A stretch of 64,000 bases of DNA from Candidatus Hydrogenedentota bacterium (GCA_045863335.1 BTVY01000012.1:73008-137007), one strand, 5' to 3'; shown: positions 10,653-19,869, counted from the first letter of the stretch. Program-made: numbers and translations. Notes: a model not told the origin generated them from the sequence alone.

Positions 10653-11675
10653 CTATTTCACAAACGCGTATGCCTCGACGCGCACCTCTGCTTCGGCCCC
10701 GGGTACTTCAGATAAGATCCTGAATACACCCCGCTGTGCCCCAGTGCGCCCGGGCTCCGCTCTCGCCAAGACACGCAACCGGGCAGCGTCTGACAGCCGT
10801 TCCAACTCCGACGCGAAGATCGTCGCCTCCGGATCGATCACCCTCATACCGGACAAGTCATACCCATACGGTGATGTGACTTCTATAATGTCACTACGTC
10901 GATCACCTTCCGGCAGAACACCCAGGAAGATGCGTGACTTGGAGACCTCAAATGGGTACTGGACATAGGCGCTCAGCGCAATTTGCTTTACCGGCACTTC
11001 GGAATCATTGGTCGTTACCCACAGATTTTCCGCGACCAAACCATACGCGGTGGATTCCCGCAGTTGAATCGTGAATTCTTGCGCGCCCGCGCTGCCCCCA
11101 ATTTCTCCGTAATCCACCTGGAATGCAGTCAAATGACTTACCTTCAGAATCTCAAGGACAGGTTGGCCCGGAAATCCCTCCATCGTGAAACGATGGACAC
11201 GACCTTCGCCTCTTGGAACCGTGCCGAAATCGATGCGTGACGGATGCTCCTCCTTAACAACCCCAGTGATACGAAACAAACGCGGCTCCCTCTCATTGAC
11301 CCATCGAACGCGAATCAATTCGTTAACGCGGCCGCTTCGTCCGCTGAGGTGAAGCCGAACCGGAAACGGCAAGACACCTTTCGGCTCGATGACTTCCCCT
11401 CGAATGTCTTGCGTTGCCGTGCAGCCGCAACTCGTTCCTACTTCTGCTACCTCGACGCTTAGGTCGGTGGGATTTCGAAGGAGGAATGAATGGTGTATTA
11501 CCGCGTTGGCGCGTGCAATTCCAAAGTCATACAACTCTTCTTGCGCGGACTGCGAATACGTATTGCCAGATCTCCCCATCGTAATAAGTAGGGTGCAAAG
11601 AGCGGCGCCCCCTATCGCTACCAAGCCGAATAGCTCGTACGCACGATTCCTGGACATTCGTGGTCGCAAAAACAT
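10653..11675 (-). CDS. DUF1573 domain protein (Ig-like, SCGCT motif)
   Basis: YDFG...HSFLLRN...VGTSCGCT is the DUF1573 signature, followed by further Ig-like repeats (IDFGTV, IFLGVL). N-terminal TM helix; start uncertain (11675 or 11657). Confidence 0.82.
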   Translation of the reverse strand: MFLRPRMSRNRAYELFGLVAIGGAALCTLLITMGRSGNTYSQSAQEELYDFGIARANAVIHHSFLLRNPTDLSVEVAEVGTSCGCTATQDIRGEVIEPKGVLPFPVRLHLSGRSGRVNELIRVRWVNEREPRLFRITGVVKEEHPSRIDFGTVPRGEGRVHRFTMEGFPGQPVLEILKVSHLTAFQVDYGEIGGSAGAQEFTIQLRESTAYGLVAENLWVTTNDSEVPVKQIALSAYVQYPFEVSKSRIFLGVLPEGDRRSDIIEVTSPYGYDLSGMRVIDPEATIFASELERLSDAARLRVLARAEPGRTGAQRGVFRILSEVPGAEAEVRVEAYAFVK

Positions 11676-11710
11676 GATTTGTCCCGTTTTGGAAAGGGGC
11701 GAGCTACGCC

Positions 11711-12199
11711 CTAGTTGGAACACGAGCCCAATCCGACCCAAGCCAGTTGCTCTACAAGACCGTAGTCAACCGCATTCATACACATATAAGTGTTCTCATC
11801 GGGAGAATCACAGTATTGACAGTCGGGGTGTGATTCCGGCGTTTCACACTCAATGTCGGGATTTTTCTTGCATTTATACTTTCTGGCGCAAATGTACCAG
11901 TTCTCGGGGACCTCAGGATCTGCAAGTTCGTAACCTGAGTACCCTGGGTAAGGTCTTTCGAAGGGAAGAGGAACGTTCTGTACGTCTTGGTACGCATGAA
12001 TATACGTACAAGCATACCCCAGATCACAGTTCATGTTGCATGGTGGGATTGGTACCGGGCAAGGCGCCAGATTAATTTCATAGCAGGGAACCGCGGAAGC
12101 CGACTTAGCATCGAAGATCCCCTCCAACGCGGCGGCGAAGGTGAAGATGGCTAGCCACAAGAGAAGCGGTTTGATCCAATATTTGTTCAGGCATCCCAT
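11711..12199 (-). CDS. secreted cysteine-rich protein (12 Cys in the mature part)
   Basis: GGAGG RBS, signal peptide ending ASA|VPC, and 12 Cys after the predicted cleavage site. Confidence 0.72.
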   Translation of the reverse strand: MGCLNKYWIKPLLLWLAIFTFAAALEGIFDAKSASAVPCYEINLAPCPVPIPPCNMNCDLGYACTYIHAYQDVQNVPLPFERPYPGYSGYELADPEVPENWYICARKYKCKKNPDIECETPESHPDCQYCDSPDENTYMCMNAVDYGLVEQLAWVGLGSCSN

Positions 12200-12268
12200 T
12201 ATCCTACCCTCCATAAGTGTTACTTGATCTGTGCCTTTCCCCATATGCACTCACGTAGTGTATCAAAC

Positions 12269-13279
12269 CTATTCCGTATCTTTGATCCCGCCAGCGAATT
12301 CCGAGGGCACCAATTCGTTTCCGATCACCTCCAGAACATCGATCTGGCCAACTATATCCGTGCGGAAAAAAGGTACCGCTGTCCGGCGGGGCAAACTCCT
12401 CCATGTAAATAGTTCGTCGTCCAGATGCGGGTTTAATTGTACATCCTCTACGGTGTTGAGTGAATGGCCCTCCAGGATAGCAGCGCCGTCATCGTATCGG
12501 TAGTCGGATTGCTCCCACTTCAATGGAAACCACCGGCCCGGATCGACTTCGCGCGGGACAACCGTGTACTCGAAAGATATTCTTCCCTCCTCGTCGTAAA
12601 CTTCGCCGTGCGTAACAAAATATCCTGCCAAGGGGGCCAACAGGATTGTGCAGATCTGATGGGTTTTGTGAAAGACTTTGATCTCGAAAAGCTCACGCTC
12701 GTCCTGCCTGTTTTCGATTTCGACCGTTACGTCGGCACCATTCAGCGCGGCATCATGAATCTGGGCAAGACTGTTGATACCATTCCCAAAGGCATACAAC
12801 CTGAAATCCCTTGGGTTGAACGAGTGTAAGGCTTCCCGAACGCGCTTGGATTTCAAATCAATAGCGGAGTGTTCATACATATACGCGGCGGCGCTGCGCT
12901 CATACCATTGAGCGAGGTACTGAGCGTTCAGTACTAGAATCCCATGTTCCTTGGTAATCTTCGGAGGATCCGAAACGCGTTCTTCAAAGGTCCGATCCCG
13001 CTCGATTCTTCGCCACTCTCCCTTCTCAAACTGCGTATGTTGAGTATTCCACTCTCGCGTGCCATCGGGTTCGTAGTACGTCCATATCTCGCGCATCTCG
13101 AAGGAAAGTGATCTCAAGGTGTCTTGGGCATTCTGCTGTTCTTTCACGAAGTTTCCCAGAAGTGCGGTCGCGTCTTCGCCAACAAATGTCTGGTCGCTCC
13201 ATGCTGGCAGGCCACCTAAAGCGCAAAGGAGTATTGACAATCGAGAAAACCTTAAGAAGGGAATCATGAGCCACTCCAA
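12269..13279 (-). CDS. secreted hypothetical protein, possibly LolA/LolB-like beta-sheet fold
   Basis: Signal peptide and a beta-rich pattern. The C-terminal WFPLKWE...VEDVQLNPHLDDELF resembles the 'N..l.d..F' end of LolA-like lipoprotein-sorting proteins. Confidence 0.6.
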   Translation of the reverse strand: MEWLMIPFLRFSRLSILLCALGGLPAWSDQTFVGEDATALLGNFVKEQQNAQDTLRSLSFEMREIWTYYEPDGTREWNTQHTQFEKGEWRRIERDRTFEERVSDPPKITKEHGILVLNAQYLAQWYERSAAAYMYEHSAIDLKSKRVREALHSFNPRDFRLYAFGNGINSLAQIHDAALNGADVTVEIENRQDERELFEIKVFHKTHQICTILLAPLAGYFVTHGEVYDEEGRISFEYTVVPREVDPGRWFPLKWEQSDYRYDDGAAILEGHSLNTVEDVQLNPHLDDELFTWRSLPRRTAVPFFRTDIVGQIDVLEVIGNELVPSEFAGGIKDTE

Positions 13280-13321
13280 CTCGATCCGGCCCCCACCATG
13301 GCTTCGTGATTGCTTGACCTC

Positions 13322-13350
13322 ATTGTACGCTGAACAGCATTATCTGTCAA
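13322..13350 (-). promoter_or_regulatory. sigma70-type promoter for the islet operon
   Basis: Minus strand TTGACA-gataatgctgttcagcg (17 nt)-TACAAT, about 40 nt upstream of the first islet gene. Confidence 0.75.
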
Positions 13351-13395
13351 TAGACTAAAGGGGACAGTAATGCTCCATAACAGTCATTCATTATG

Positions 13396-15342
13396 TCACT
13401 TTACCTGCACCATCAGGTCCGCCACCAGCTTCGCGAACTGGCCGGGGTTCGGCGGCTGATTGCCTTCGGCCAAGGCTGCCTGACCGTAAAGCAATTGGGC
13501 ATAATCACTTAGGCGTGTATCCGTTGGATCGGCGGTGTAGATAGTCTTTAACTTCTTCAGAATCGGGTGGTTCGGGTTTAACTCCAAGATGCGCTTGGTC
13601 TTAGGAACGTCCTGGTTCGCCGCGCGCATGAGCTGTTCCAACTGGGGGCTCATGTCGAACTGGTCGCCGACGAGGCAGGCCGCCGAACTGGTCAGACGCT
13701 TGGACAGACGGACCTCTTTGACGTGCTCGTCGAGCTTTTGCTTGAGGCATTCCAGCAGAGACTTGTGTTCTTCCTGCTTGGTCTTGAGTTCTTCCTCGGC
13801 CTTCTTCCGCTCTTCCTCGCTCCCGAGTTCGACAGTCCCTTTGCCGACGGACTGGAAGCGTTTTCCGTCGAACTCGAACATGGACTGAGTCCACAGCTCG
13901 TCGACGTTATCCGTGAGGATGAGCACCTCGTAGCCTTTGTCGCGGAATGCTTCGAGGTGCGGCGAGCTTTCGATGGCCGCGCGCGATTCGCCGGTCATGA
14001 AGTAAATGCATTCCTGGTCTTCCTTCATGCGGTCCTTGTAGGCGCGCAGGGTGGTCAACTCGGCAGAATCGTTCGTGGACGCGAACAACACAAGATCAAG
14101 GAGCGACTCGCGGTTTTCGTTGTCCTGGTAAAGCCCTTCCTTGAGCACCTGCCCGAACTCGTTCCAGAACGCGAGGTACTTGTCATTATCGGATTCGCGG
14201 AGCTTCTTGAAGGAGTCCAGGAGTTTGTTGACGACCCCTTTGCGGATGCGCTGGATCTGGCGGTTCTGCTGGAGGATCTCGCGCGAAATATTCAACGAGA
14301 GATCTTCGGAATCGACGACGCCTTTCACGAAGCGCAGATACTCCGGCAACAACTCCTTGCAGTCGTCCATGATGAAGACGCGCTTCACGTAGAGCTGAAT
14401 GCCCCGGCGGCCGTCGCGCATGTAGAGATCGAAGGGCGCGCGGGACGGGATGAAGAGGAGCATCTGGTATTCGAGCGTACCCTCAATCTTGGCGCGGATG
14501 GTTTCCAGCGGCGGCGTCCAGTCGTGGGAGACGTGTTTGTAAAACTCGTTGTATTCCTCTTCCGTAACTTCGTCCTTGTCGCGAAGCCAGATGGCCTTCA
14601 TCGAATTCAAGGTTTCGATCTCGACAACCGTTTCCTCTTTCGCGCCTTCGATGGGTTTGCCCTCGTCATCGCGCGGGACGCGGGTTCGCGTAATTTCCAT
14701 CTTGATGGGATAGGCCACGAAATCGCTGTATTTCTTGACGATCTCGCGAATCTTCCATTCCTCGGTGTAGTCGTGGAGGCCGTCTTCGGAGTCCACGGAC
14801 TTGAGGTGGAGGGTCACCGCGGTCCCGGCTTCCGGCACGTCGACTTCTTCAAGCGTATACGTCCCCTCGCCCGCGGATTCCCAGCGGACGCCCGCGGTTT
14901 CCCCGGCGTGGCGCGTGACCAGGGTGACCTTGTCGGCCACCATGAAGGACGAGTAGAACCCGACGCCGAACTGTCCGATCAGCTCCGGCGATTCGGCCTC
15001 CTTCGCCTGCTTCAGGACGGACATGAATTCGCGCGTGCCGGACTTCGCGATGGTGCCAATCAGGTCGATCACGTCCTGCCGCGTCATGCCGATCCCCGTG
15101 TCGCGCACGGTCAAGGTCCGCGCTTCGGGATCGGGCTCGATTTCGATGTAGAGTTCCGTTCCCTCGGGCATGAGGTGCGGCTCGGTCAAGGACTGAAACC
15201 GGCGACGGTCCAACGCGTCGGATGCGTTGGAGATGAGTTCCCGCAGGAAGATGTCCTTGTTCGAATAGATCGAGTGGACCATGAGATCCAGGAGTTGCCG
15301 GGCTTCCGCCTGAAACTCAAAGGTCTCTACTGTCGCGCTCAT
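13396..15342 (-). CDS. htpG: molecular chaperone HtpG (Hsp90)
   Basis: FEFQAE, YSNKDIFLRELISNASDA, DTGIGM, IGQFGVGFYS and LNISREILQ motifs. RBS GGAGG before the ATG at 15342. Confidence 0.98.
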   Translation of the reverse strand: MSATVETFEFQAEARQLLDLMVHSIYSNKDIFLRELISNASDALDRRRFQSLTEPHLMPEGTELYIEIEPDPEARTLTVRDTGIGMTRQDVIDLIGTIAKSGTREFMSVLKQAKEAESPELIGQFGVGFYSSFMVADKVTLVTRHAGETAGVRWESAGEGTYTLEEVDVPEAGTAVTLHLKSVDSEDGLHDYTEEWKIREIVKKYSDFVAYPIKMEITRTRVPRDDEGKPIEGAKEETVVEIETLNSMKAIWLRDKDEVTEEEYNEFYKHVSHDWTPPLETIRAKIEGTLEYQMLLFIPSRAPFDLYMRDGRRGIQLYVKRVFIMDDCKELLPEYLRFVKGVVDSEDLSLNISREILQQNRQIQRIRKGVVNKLLDSFKKLRESDNDKYLAFWNEFGQVLKEGLYQDNENRESLLDLVLFASTNDSAELTTLRAYKDRMKEDQECIYFMTGESRAAIESSPHLEAFRDKGYEVLILTDNVDELWTQSMFEFDGKRFQSVGKGTVELGSEEERKKAEEELKTKQEEHKSLLECLKQKLDEHVKEVRLSKRLTSSAACLVGDQFDMSPQLEQLMRAANQDVPKTKRILELNPNHPILKKLKTIYTADPTDTRLSDYAQLLYGQAALAEGNQPPNPGQFAKLVADLMVQVK

Positions 15343-15638
15343 GATTCGTATCCTCCGTTTCCTTAGACAGTTGGTATCGCGCACGCCCGAGAGCGATTTG
15401 CTGGTTGGATGGCGAGCGGCCGAATCGTCTGCCGTGCCCGATAGACAGGCCCAGACCGAGTTTCATCGACAGCCCGAAGGGCGCTATTTTAATCAATATC
15501 CGCTCGTAAGGGAAGATACCGAGGCGCCGGCCAGGTCCGTCAACCTTTGGCGCCGGTAAGGCGTTGGCGCAACAGGGATCGCCGTGTGCCGCGAGCGCGT
15601 GGTATAGTGGTGCGATGCGCCCAAACGACAGGTCCAAC

Positions 15639-16493
15639 ATGCGAAACTTGATGGTATATCTTTTCGTCGCAGCCGCGATGGCGTTGATACTGCCCGGTTG
15701 CGGACAATCCGTGCAGCCCGCGGGCGAAGTCGCGCTTGCCGCGACCAAGGAAGCGCCGCAGCCCGCACCAGACGTTGCGACGCCGGAGGCCGCCGACCCC
15801 ATCGAGTCGCTGAACGACAAACTCGAATCTCTCGGGGCGAAGGTCGTGGCGGACCCGACGGACGGTGCGGTGGAATCCGGACAGGACTACGAGTCGCTGG
15901 CAGCCGAGGTTTCTGAACTGCGCGCGGAGGTAAAGCGGTTGCAGGAAACCATCGACCTCACGATCTCCTATGTCGTGGGCGATCTGCAGGAAGAGAACCG
16001 CCGCCTTCGGGAAGAGATCGCCCGCGTCTATAGCGCAACGCCCGGCGCCGCCGACGGAAGCGGAGATATCGTGTATCTCAGTCCTGAGTCCATGGCTCCA
16101 CCGGACCCTGCTGCCGACGATTCGGCCCCGCAGCCCGCCGTCGATTTCGGCGACAAGGGTTATGCCATCGTCAAGGAATGGGGCCGTTCCCCGGAGGAAG
16201 TGTCTGCCCTCGGGAAGGGGATTCCCTCGCTCAAGGGGATGATCGGCGTGGTGCCAGCCAACCTGAGCGACGAGGGACTTTCCGAGATCGGCCGGGCCAT
16301 TCACGCCGAGTTCGATGCCTACGACAACATGGTCATCGAAGTCTTCGACAACGAGACCGCCGCCAAGGCATACGCGGAGACCAACGTCCGCTCGGCGCAG
16401 CACAACGTGTTGAGCATTCAGAAGGACGGCGCGTCCGGACGCGATCATATTCTGCTGAACCGCAACGGAGTCTCCATCGCCGTGCCGCGCTAA
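15639..16493 (+). CDS. hypothetical lipoprotein with a coiled-coil segment
   Basis: Lipobox-like ILPG-C after a hydrophobic stretch, acidic low-complexity linkers and a heptad region (LAAEVSELRAEVKRLQE). Confidence 0.7.
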   Translation: MRNLMVYLFVAAAMALILPGCGQSVQPAGEVALAATKEAPQPAPDVATPEAADPIESLNDKLESLGAKVVADPTDGAVESGQDYESLAAEVSELRAEVKRLQETIDLTISYVVGDLQEENRRLREEIARVYSATPGAADGSGDIVYLSPESMAPPDPAADDSAPQPAVDFGDKGYAIVKEWGRSPEEVSALGKGIPSLKGMIGVVPANLSDEGLSEIGRAIHAEFDAYDNMVIEVFDNETAAKAYAETNVRSAQHNVLSIQKDGASGRDHILLNRNGVSIAVPR

Positions 16494-16616
16494 GGTCACG
16501 CGGAGAACACCCCCCTAATTCCCCCTTCAAAGGGGTGCAGTTCTGAAAATACCGGTCACGCACTCCGATAATAGCAATATAGTTGTAAGGATTTGGCCAA
16601 TTTCTGTAGGCACAAT

Positions 16617-16826
16617 GGGTCGGGCTTTCAGCCCTATGGACAAAAGACGCTCCCTTTCCTGGGCCTGCGGCCCAGGCTGGTATTGAACGGGCCGTTGGCC
16701 CTCCAGAAAGTTTCCTTTTGACATGAGGGAAATGACGTTTGCGCCAACGGCGCGCTCTATACCAGCATGGGGCACCGCCCCATGAAAACGGGGATCCCTG
16801 AATATGAAGGGCTGAAAGTCCGATCC
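16617..16826. repeat. REPIN/MITE-like nested inverted-repeat element
   Basis: Outer arms GGGTCGGGCTTTCAGCCCT (16617-16635) and AGGGCTGAAAGTCCGATCC (16808-16826). Inner imperfect arms at 16658-16701 and 16741-16784, each with an internal hairpin. Confidence 0.75.
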
Positions 16827-16931
16827 ACGTTCCACCGATAGATGGGTCAGAAAACACCTTGACGCTGGGTGCATTTCGAACGGTGCTGCAAAACATCACC
16901 CCTCTTGCGCGTGATTTCCAGGGGAATCACC

Positions 16932-17456
16932 CTACTCTTCTTCCAACGTGTAAATCTCGGGGAGGTTCCGGTAGCGCTCGTCGTGGTCGAGCCCGTACCC
17001 GACGACGAACCGGTCTTCGATCGTGATGCCGATGTACTGGGCGTCTACGGGCACCACGCGCCGCGACGGTTTATCCAGCAGCACACACAACTCCAGTGAT
17101 GCGGGGTCGTGTTCGTTCAGGGTTTTCATGATCGCCGAAGTTGTACGACCGGTATCGAGGATATCCTCGATGACGAGCACCGACTTGCCCCGTAACGGTT
17201 GTTCCGGCAGCACGGGGAGCAGCACGTCGCCGAGGGAGTCGATTCCGTCGTAGCTTTTCGCGCGGATGTATTCGACCGCGAGCGGCAGGGAGATTCGTCG
17301 CATCAGATCGGATGCGAATATCGTCCCCCCTTTTAACACGACCACCATGACGAGGGTGTCGCAGTTCCGGTAACGCTCGGAAATTTCCGCAGCGAGCCGT
17401 GTCACCGCAGCCTGGATTTGGGTCTCCGCAATAAGTGGCTCGCTACTCCGGCGCAT
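16932..17456 (-). CDS. hpt: hypoxanthine phosphoribosyltransferase
   Basis: VLKGG, VLVIEDILDTGRT (PRPP-binding) and FVVGYGLD...YRNLP motifs; directly downstream of tilS. Confidence 0.95.
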   Translation of the reverse strand: MRRSSEPLIAETQIQAAVTRLAAEISERYRNCDTLVMVVVLKGGTIFASDLMRRISLPLAVEYIRAKSYDGIDSLGDVLLPVLPEQPLRGKSVLVIEDILDTGRTTSAIMKTLNEHDPASLELCVLLDKPSRRVVPVDAQYIGITIEDRFVVGYGLDHDERYRNLPEIYTLEEE

Positions 17457-18819
17457 TCAAAACCTCTACCTCCGTCAAACGTTCGGAGTGTTTTGTGACA
17501 GCGAACTCCGCTCCGATGGCATAGCCGACGACCCATGCGATGCGTCCCGCGCTCAACAGCAAGGGGATGCAGTCACGATCCATTGCGGGAACGCCCGCGT
17601 CCACGAAATAATCTTTCACCTTCTTGGTACCGCCGACGCCCATGGGCGAGAATCGGTCGCCCGGTCGGCGGAAGCGCGCCGTCACTTCGTTGCCCAGGGC
17701 CGCGGCGTCAAATACCTGGCGCGCGGGCGTACAGTACTGTGCCAAGGGTTCCTCGGGCATGCGCTCCAGAACGCGAACGCGAAAGACTGATCCAAAGGCC
17801 TTAGTCTCGCCGGGGCAGGCCAGCGCGATCTCGCGCTCGTCCGTTGCCGCATCGCCGCGCACGACATCCGTGCGGTCGCGCGCGTTTCGCAGCAAGACGC
17901 CACCGCCGAGATCAAAAGCACGGCCTACGGGGCCTTCCATCACAAAGGCCCGGGCCGCTTCGACCCGGTCGAAGGGACACTCCACGCCGAAACGCCATGC
18001 AATTGCAACAATGGCCCGGCGCTGGCACGCGACCATGCCACGAGCGAAGGCGCCGCGGTTGATCCGCCCCGCTTCGAAACAGCGATTCAGGAACTCCGCG
18101 GCGGCATCGTCCAGCAGTTCGTTCTCCGCACGCTGCACTTCCGCCAGCCGCGTGAGCGCATCGCTGAGCCGGGGGTTGTATTCCGAGGTCAGCGAAGGAA
18201 TGAGTTCGTGGCGAATCCGGTTGCGCAGATACCGGGTATCGGTGTTGGAATGATCGATGCGATGCGCGATGCCGCGCGAGTCGAGAAAGGCGACAATCTC
18301 GGCGCGGGTGCAGTCGATCAGCGGTCGAATGATTCGTGTCCTCCCGGACTTGCGCACCGGCGGAATTCCGGCGAGGCCTCCTGGCGACGTGCCCCGCAAC
18401 ACGCGCATGAGCACGGTCTCCGCTTGATCGTCGGCATGGTGGCCGGTCGCGATAAGGGCACATCCGGTTTCTTCAGCGACTTCAGACAGAAATTGGTACC
18501 GCACCCGGCGCGCATACTCCTCGAAGGACAGAGGAGATGATTCCGCCTCCGCTTCGACGGCGCGGCTTTCCGCGTGGAGTCGCACATCCAAGTGCTCGCA
18601 AAGGTCCGCGACAAACTCCGCGTCCGCGGCGCTGGCGCCTTCGCGGGTCTGGTGATCGAGATGGGCCGCCTCCACAGTGTGGCCAAGTTCGCGGAGCACA
18701 TGGAGCAGACAAACGGAATCCGCGCCTCCCGACACCGCTACGAGGATGCGGTCGCCGGGTTCCGCCATGCGGTGCGCCCGCATCGTTTCGCGCACGCGTT
18801 CGAGGAGCGAGTCGGTCAC
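17443..18819 (-). CDS. tilS: tRNA(Ile)-lysidine synthase
   Basis: AVSGGADS PP-loop, TGHHADDQAETVL, RPL and RNRIRH motifs, plus a C-terminal TilS_C domain. Confidence 0.96.
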   Translation of the reverse strand: MTDSLLERVRETMRAHRMAEPGDRILVAVSGGADSVCLLHVLRELGHTVEAAHLDHQTREGASAADAEFVADLCEHLDVRLHAESRAVEAEAESSPLSFEEYARRVRYQFLSEVAEETGCALIATGHHADDQAETVLMRVLRGTSPGGLAGIPPVRKSGRTRIIRPLIDCTRAEIVAFLDSRGIAHRIDHSNTDTRYLRNRIRHELIPSLTSEYNPRLSDALTRLAEVQRAENELLDDAAAEFLNRCFEAGRINRGAFARGMVACQRRAIVAIAWRFGVECPFDRVEAARAFVMEGPVGRAFDLGGGVLLRNARDRTDVVRGDAATDEREIALACPGETKAFGSVFRVRVLERMPEEPLAQYCTPARQVFDAAALGNEVTARFRRPGDRFSPMGVGGTKKVKDYFVDAGVPAMDRDCIPLLLSAGRIAWVVGYAIGAEFAVTKHSERLTEVEVLNAPE

Positions 18820-18840
18820 GGTTGTATCCCCCCGCGATGG

Positions 18841-19728
18841 CTATGGTGCGCCGGGGGCATTACGGAATCGTTCCTGAAGCTGCTTCCAGACCGCAAAGGA
18901 TTGCCCGAGGTTCTGACGCGGATCGCCCGGGATCAAATAGCTCTGCAAGCCGACGGGTCCCTTGTAGCCCTGATCGAGGAAGGCCTTGAGCACCGTGTAG
19001 TATTCGTCCATGTCCTCCTCCTCCAGGGGGCCGATGTCGTGGGGGCCTTCATCGCCATTGATGGACATGACGTACATCTTCGGCGTGAGCGCCTTGGCCA
19101 CTTCTTCAATCGGCCGCTGGCGGTCGCCCAGCACCTTCCAGTGGTACAGGTTGAACGAGGTGCCGAAATTGGGCCGGTCGACTTTCTCCGCGAGACGGAC
19201 GGTGTCTTCCGGCGTTTCCACCCACAAATTGATATGCGGGTACGGCGCAACCTTTACACCATACGGCGCGGCCATGTCGGCGATCTCCTGAAAGATGGGC
19301 ACCGCCAACTCGTCGCCCGCGGGATCGGAGGGTTTGAATTGCTTGCTGTGCGTGTTGCACCAGAGGATTGTGCCGTGGTCTTTCAGCAAGGGCAACGCTT
19401 CTGCGAGGCCGGGGTTGTAGGGCTCTTCGCCCGGATCGATGCGCACGGCGAAATAGCTCGTGTAGAGCTTCAGCCCGTGCTTGTCCAGTACCGCGAGGGT
19501 TTCGGCGAGATTATCGAGTTCCCGATTGTCGAATCCGTCCAAGCCGATGTCCGCGAGGATCTGGACCTGCTCCGCGATGGACTCCGGCCCGTCGACCTCC
19601 ATGCTGTTCTTGTAAGCGAAGAGCGGATTATCGAGCGCATCCGCGAACGTCGGTTCCGCCATGAATAGCACCCCCACCAGAACAAGGCATGCACGTTTCA
19701 GCATTGGGCCTTTTGTGAGTCTGCTCAT
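18841..19728 (-). CDS. secreted sugar phosphate isomerase/epimerase-like (xylose isomerase-like TIM barrel) protein
   Basis: VAPYPH, NFGTSFNLYHW, MSING and YKGPVGLQSY motifs; signal peptide; RBS GAGG before 19728. Confidence 0.72.
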   Translation of the reverse strand: MSRLTKGPMLKRACLVLVGVLFMAEPTFADALDNPLFAYKNSMEVDGPESIAEQVQILADIGLDGFDNRELDNLAETLAVLDKHGLKLYTSYFAVRIDPGEEPYNPGLAEALPLLKDHGTILWCNTHSKQFKPSDPAGDELAVPIFQEIADMAAPYGVKVAPYPHINLWVETPEDTVRLAEKVDRPNFGTSFNLYHWKVLGDRQRPIEEVAKALTPKMYVMSINGDEGPHDIGPLEEEDMDEYYTVLKAFLDQGYKGPVGLQSYLIPGDPRQNLGQSFAVWKQLQERFRNAPGAP

Positions 19729-19869
19729 TTGTAATCCCTCGTTCATTCGGGCTATCACCAGATGGAGAATCGTGCGTGCCGTCCGGCGTATGATGGCGCA
19801 TACGCTTTTGCTCCAGAATCGAGCGTAGTCGAATGAATCCAAGCGTTCAAGCGAGAGGGAGAAGTTCAC

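Larger units (their letters stand above)
7552..13395 (-). mobile_element. genomic islet inserted at the 3' end of htpG, with no integrase inside
   Basis: Flanked by diverged direct repeats of the htpG 3' end. Codon usage is visibly more A/T-rich than in the flanks; four co-oriented accessory genes with their own promoter. Confidence 0.8.

Noticed and set aside
13723-15366. 547-aa plus-strand ORF
   Set aside because: Antisense shadow of htpG caused by high-GC codon bias.
15343-15638. CIRCE/HrcA operator upstream of htpG
   Set aside because: No TTAGCACTC-N9-GAGTGCTAA match seen.
16932-18819. tilS-hpt overlap as a novelty
   Set aside because: Well-known conserved gene pair.
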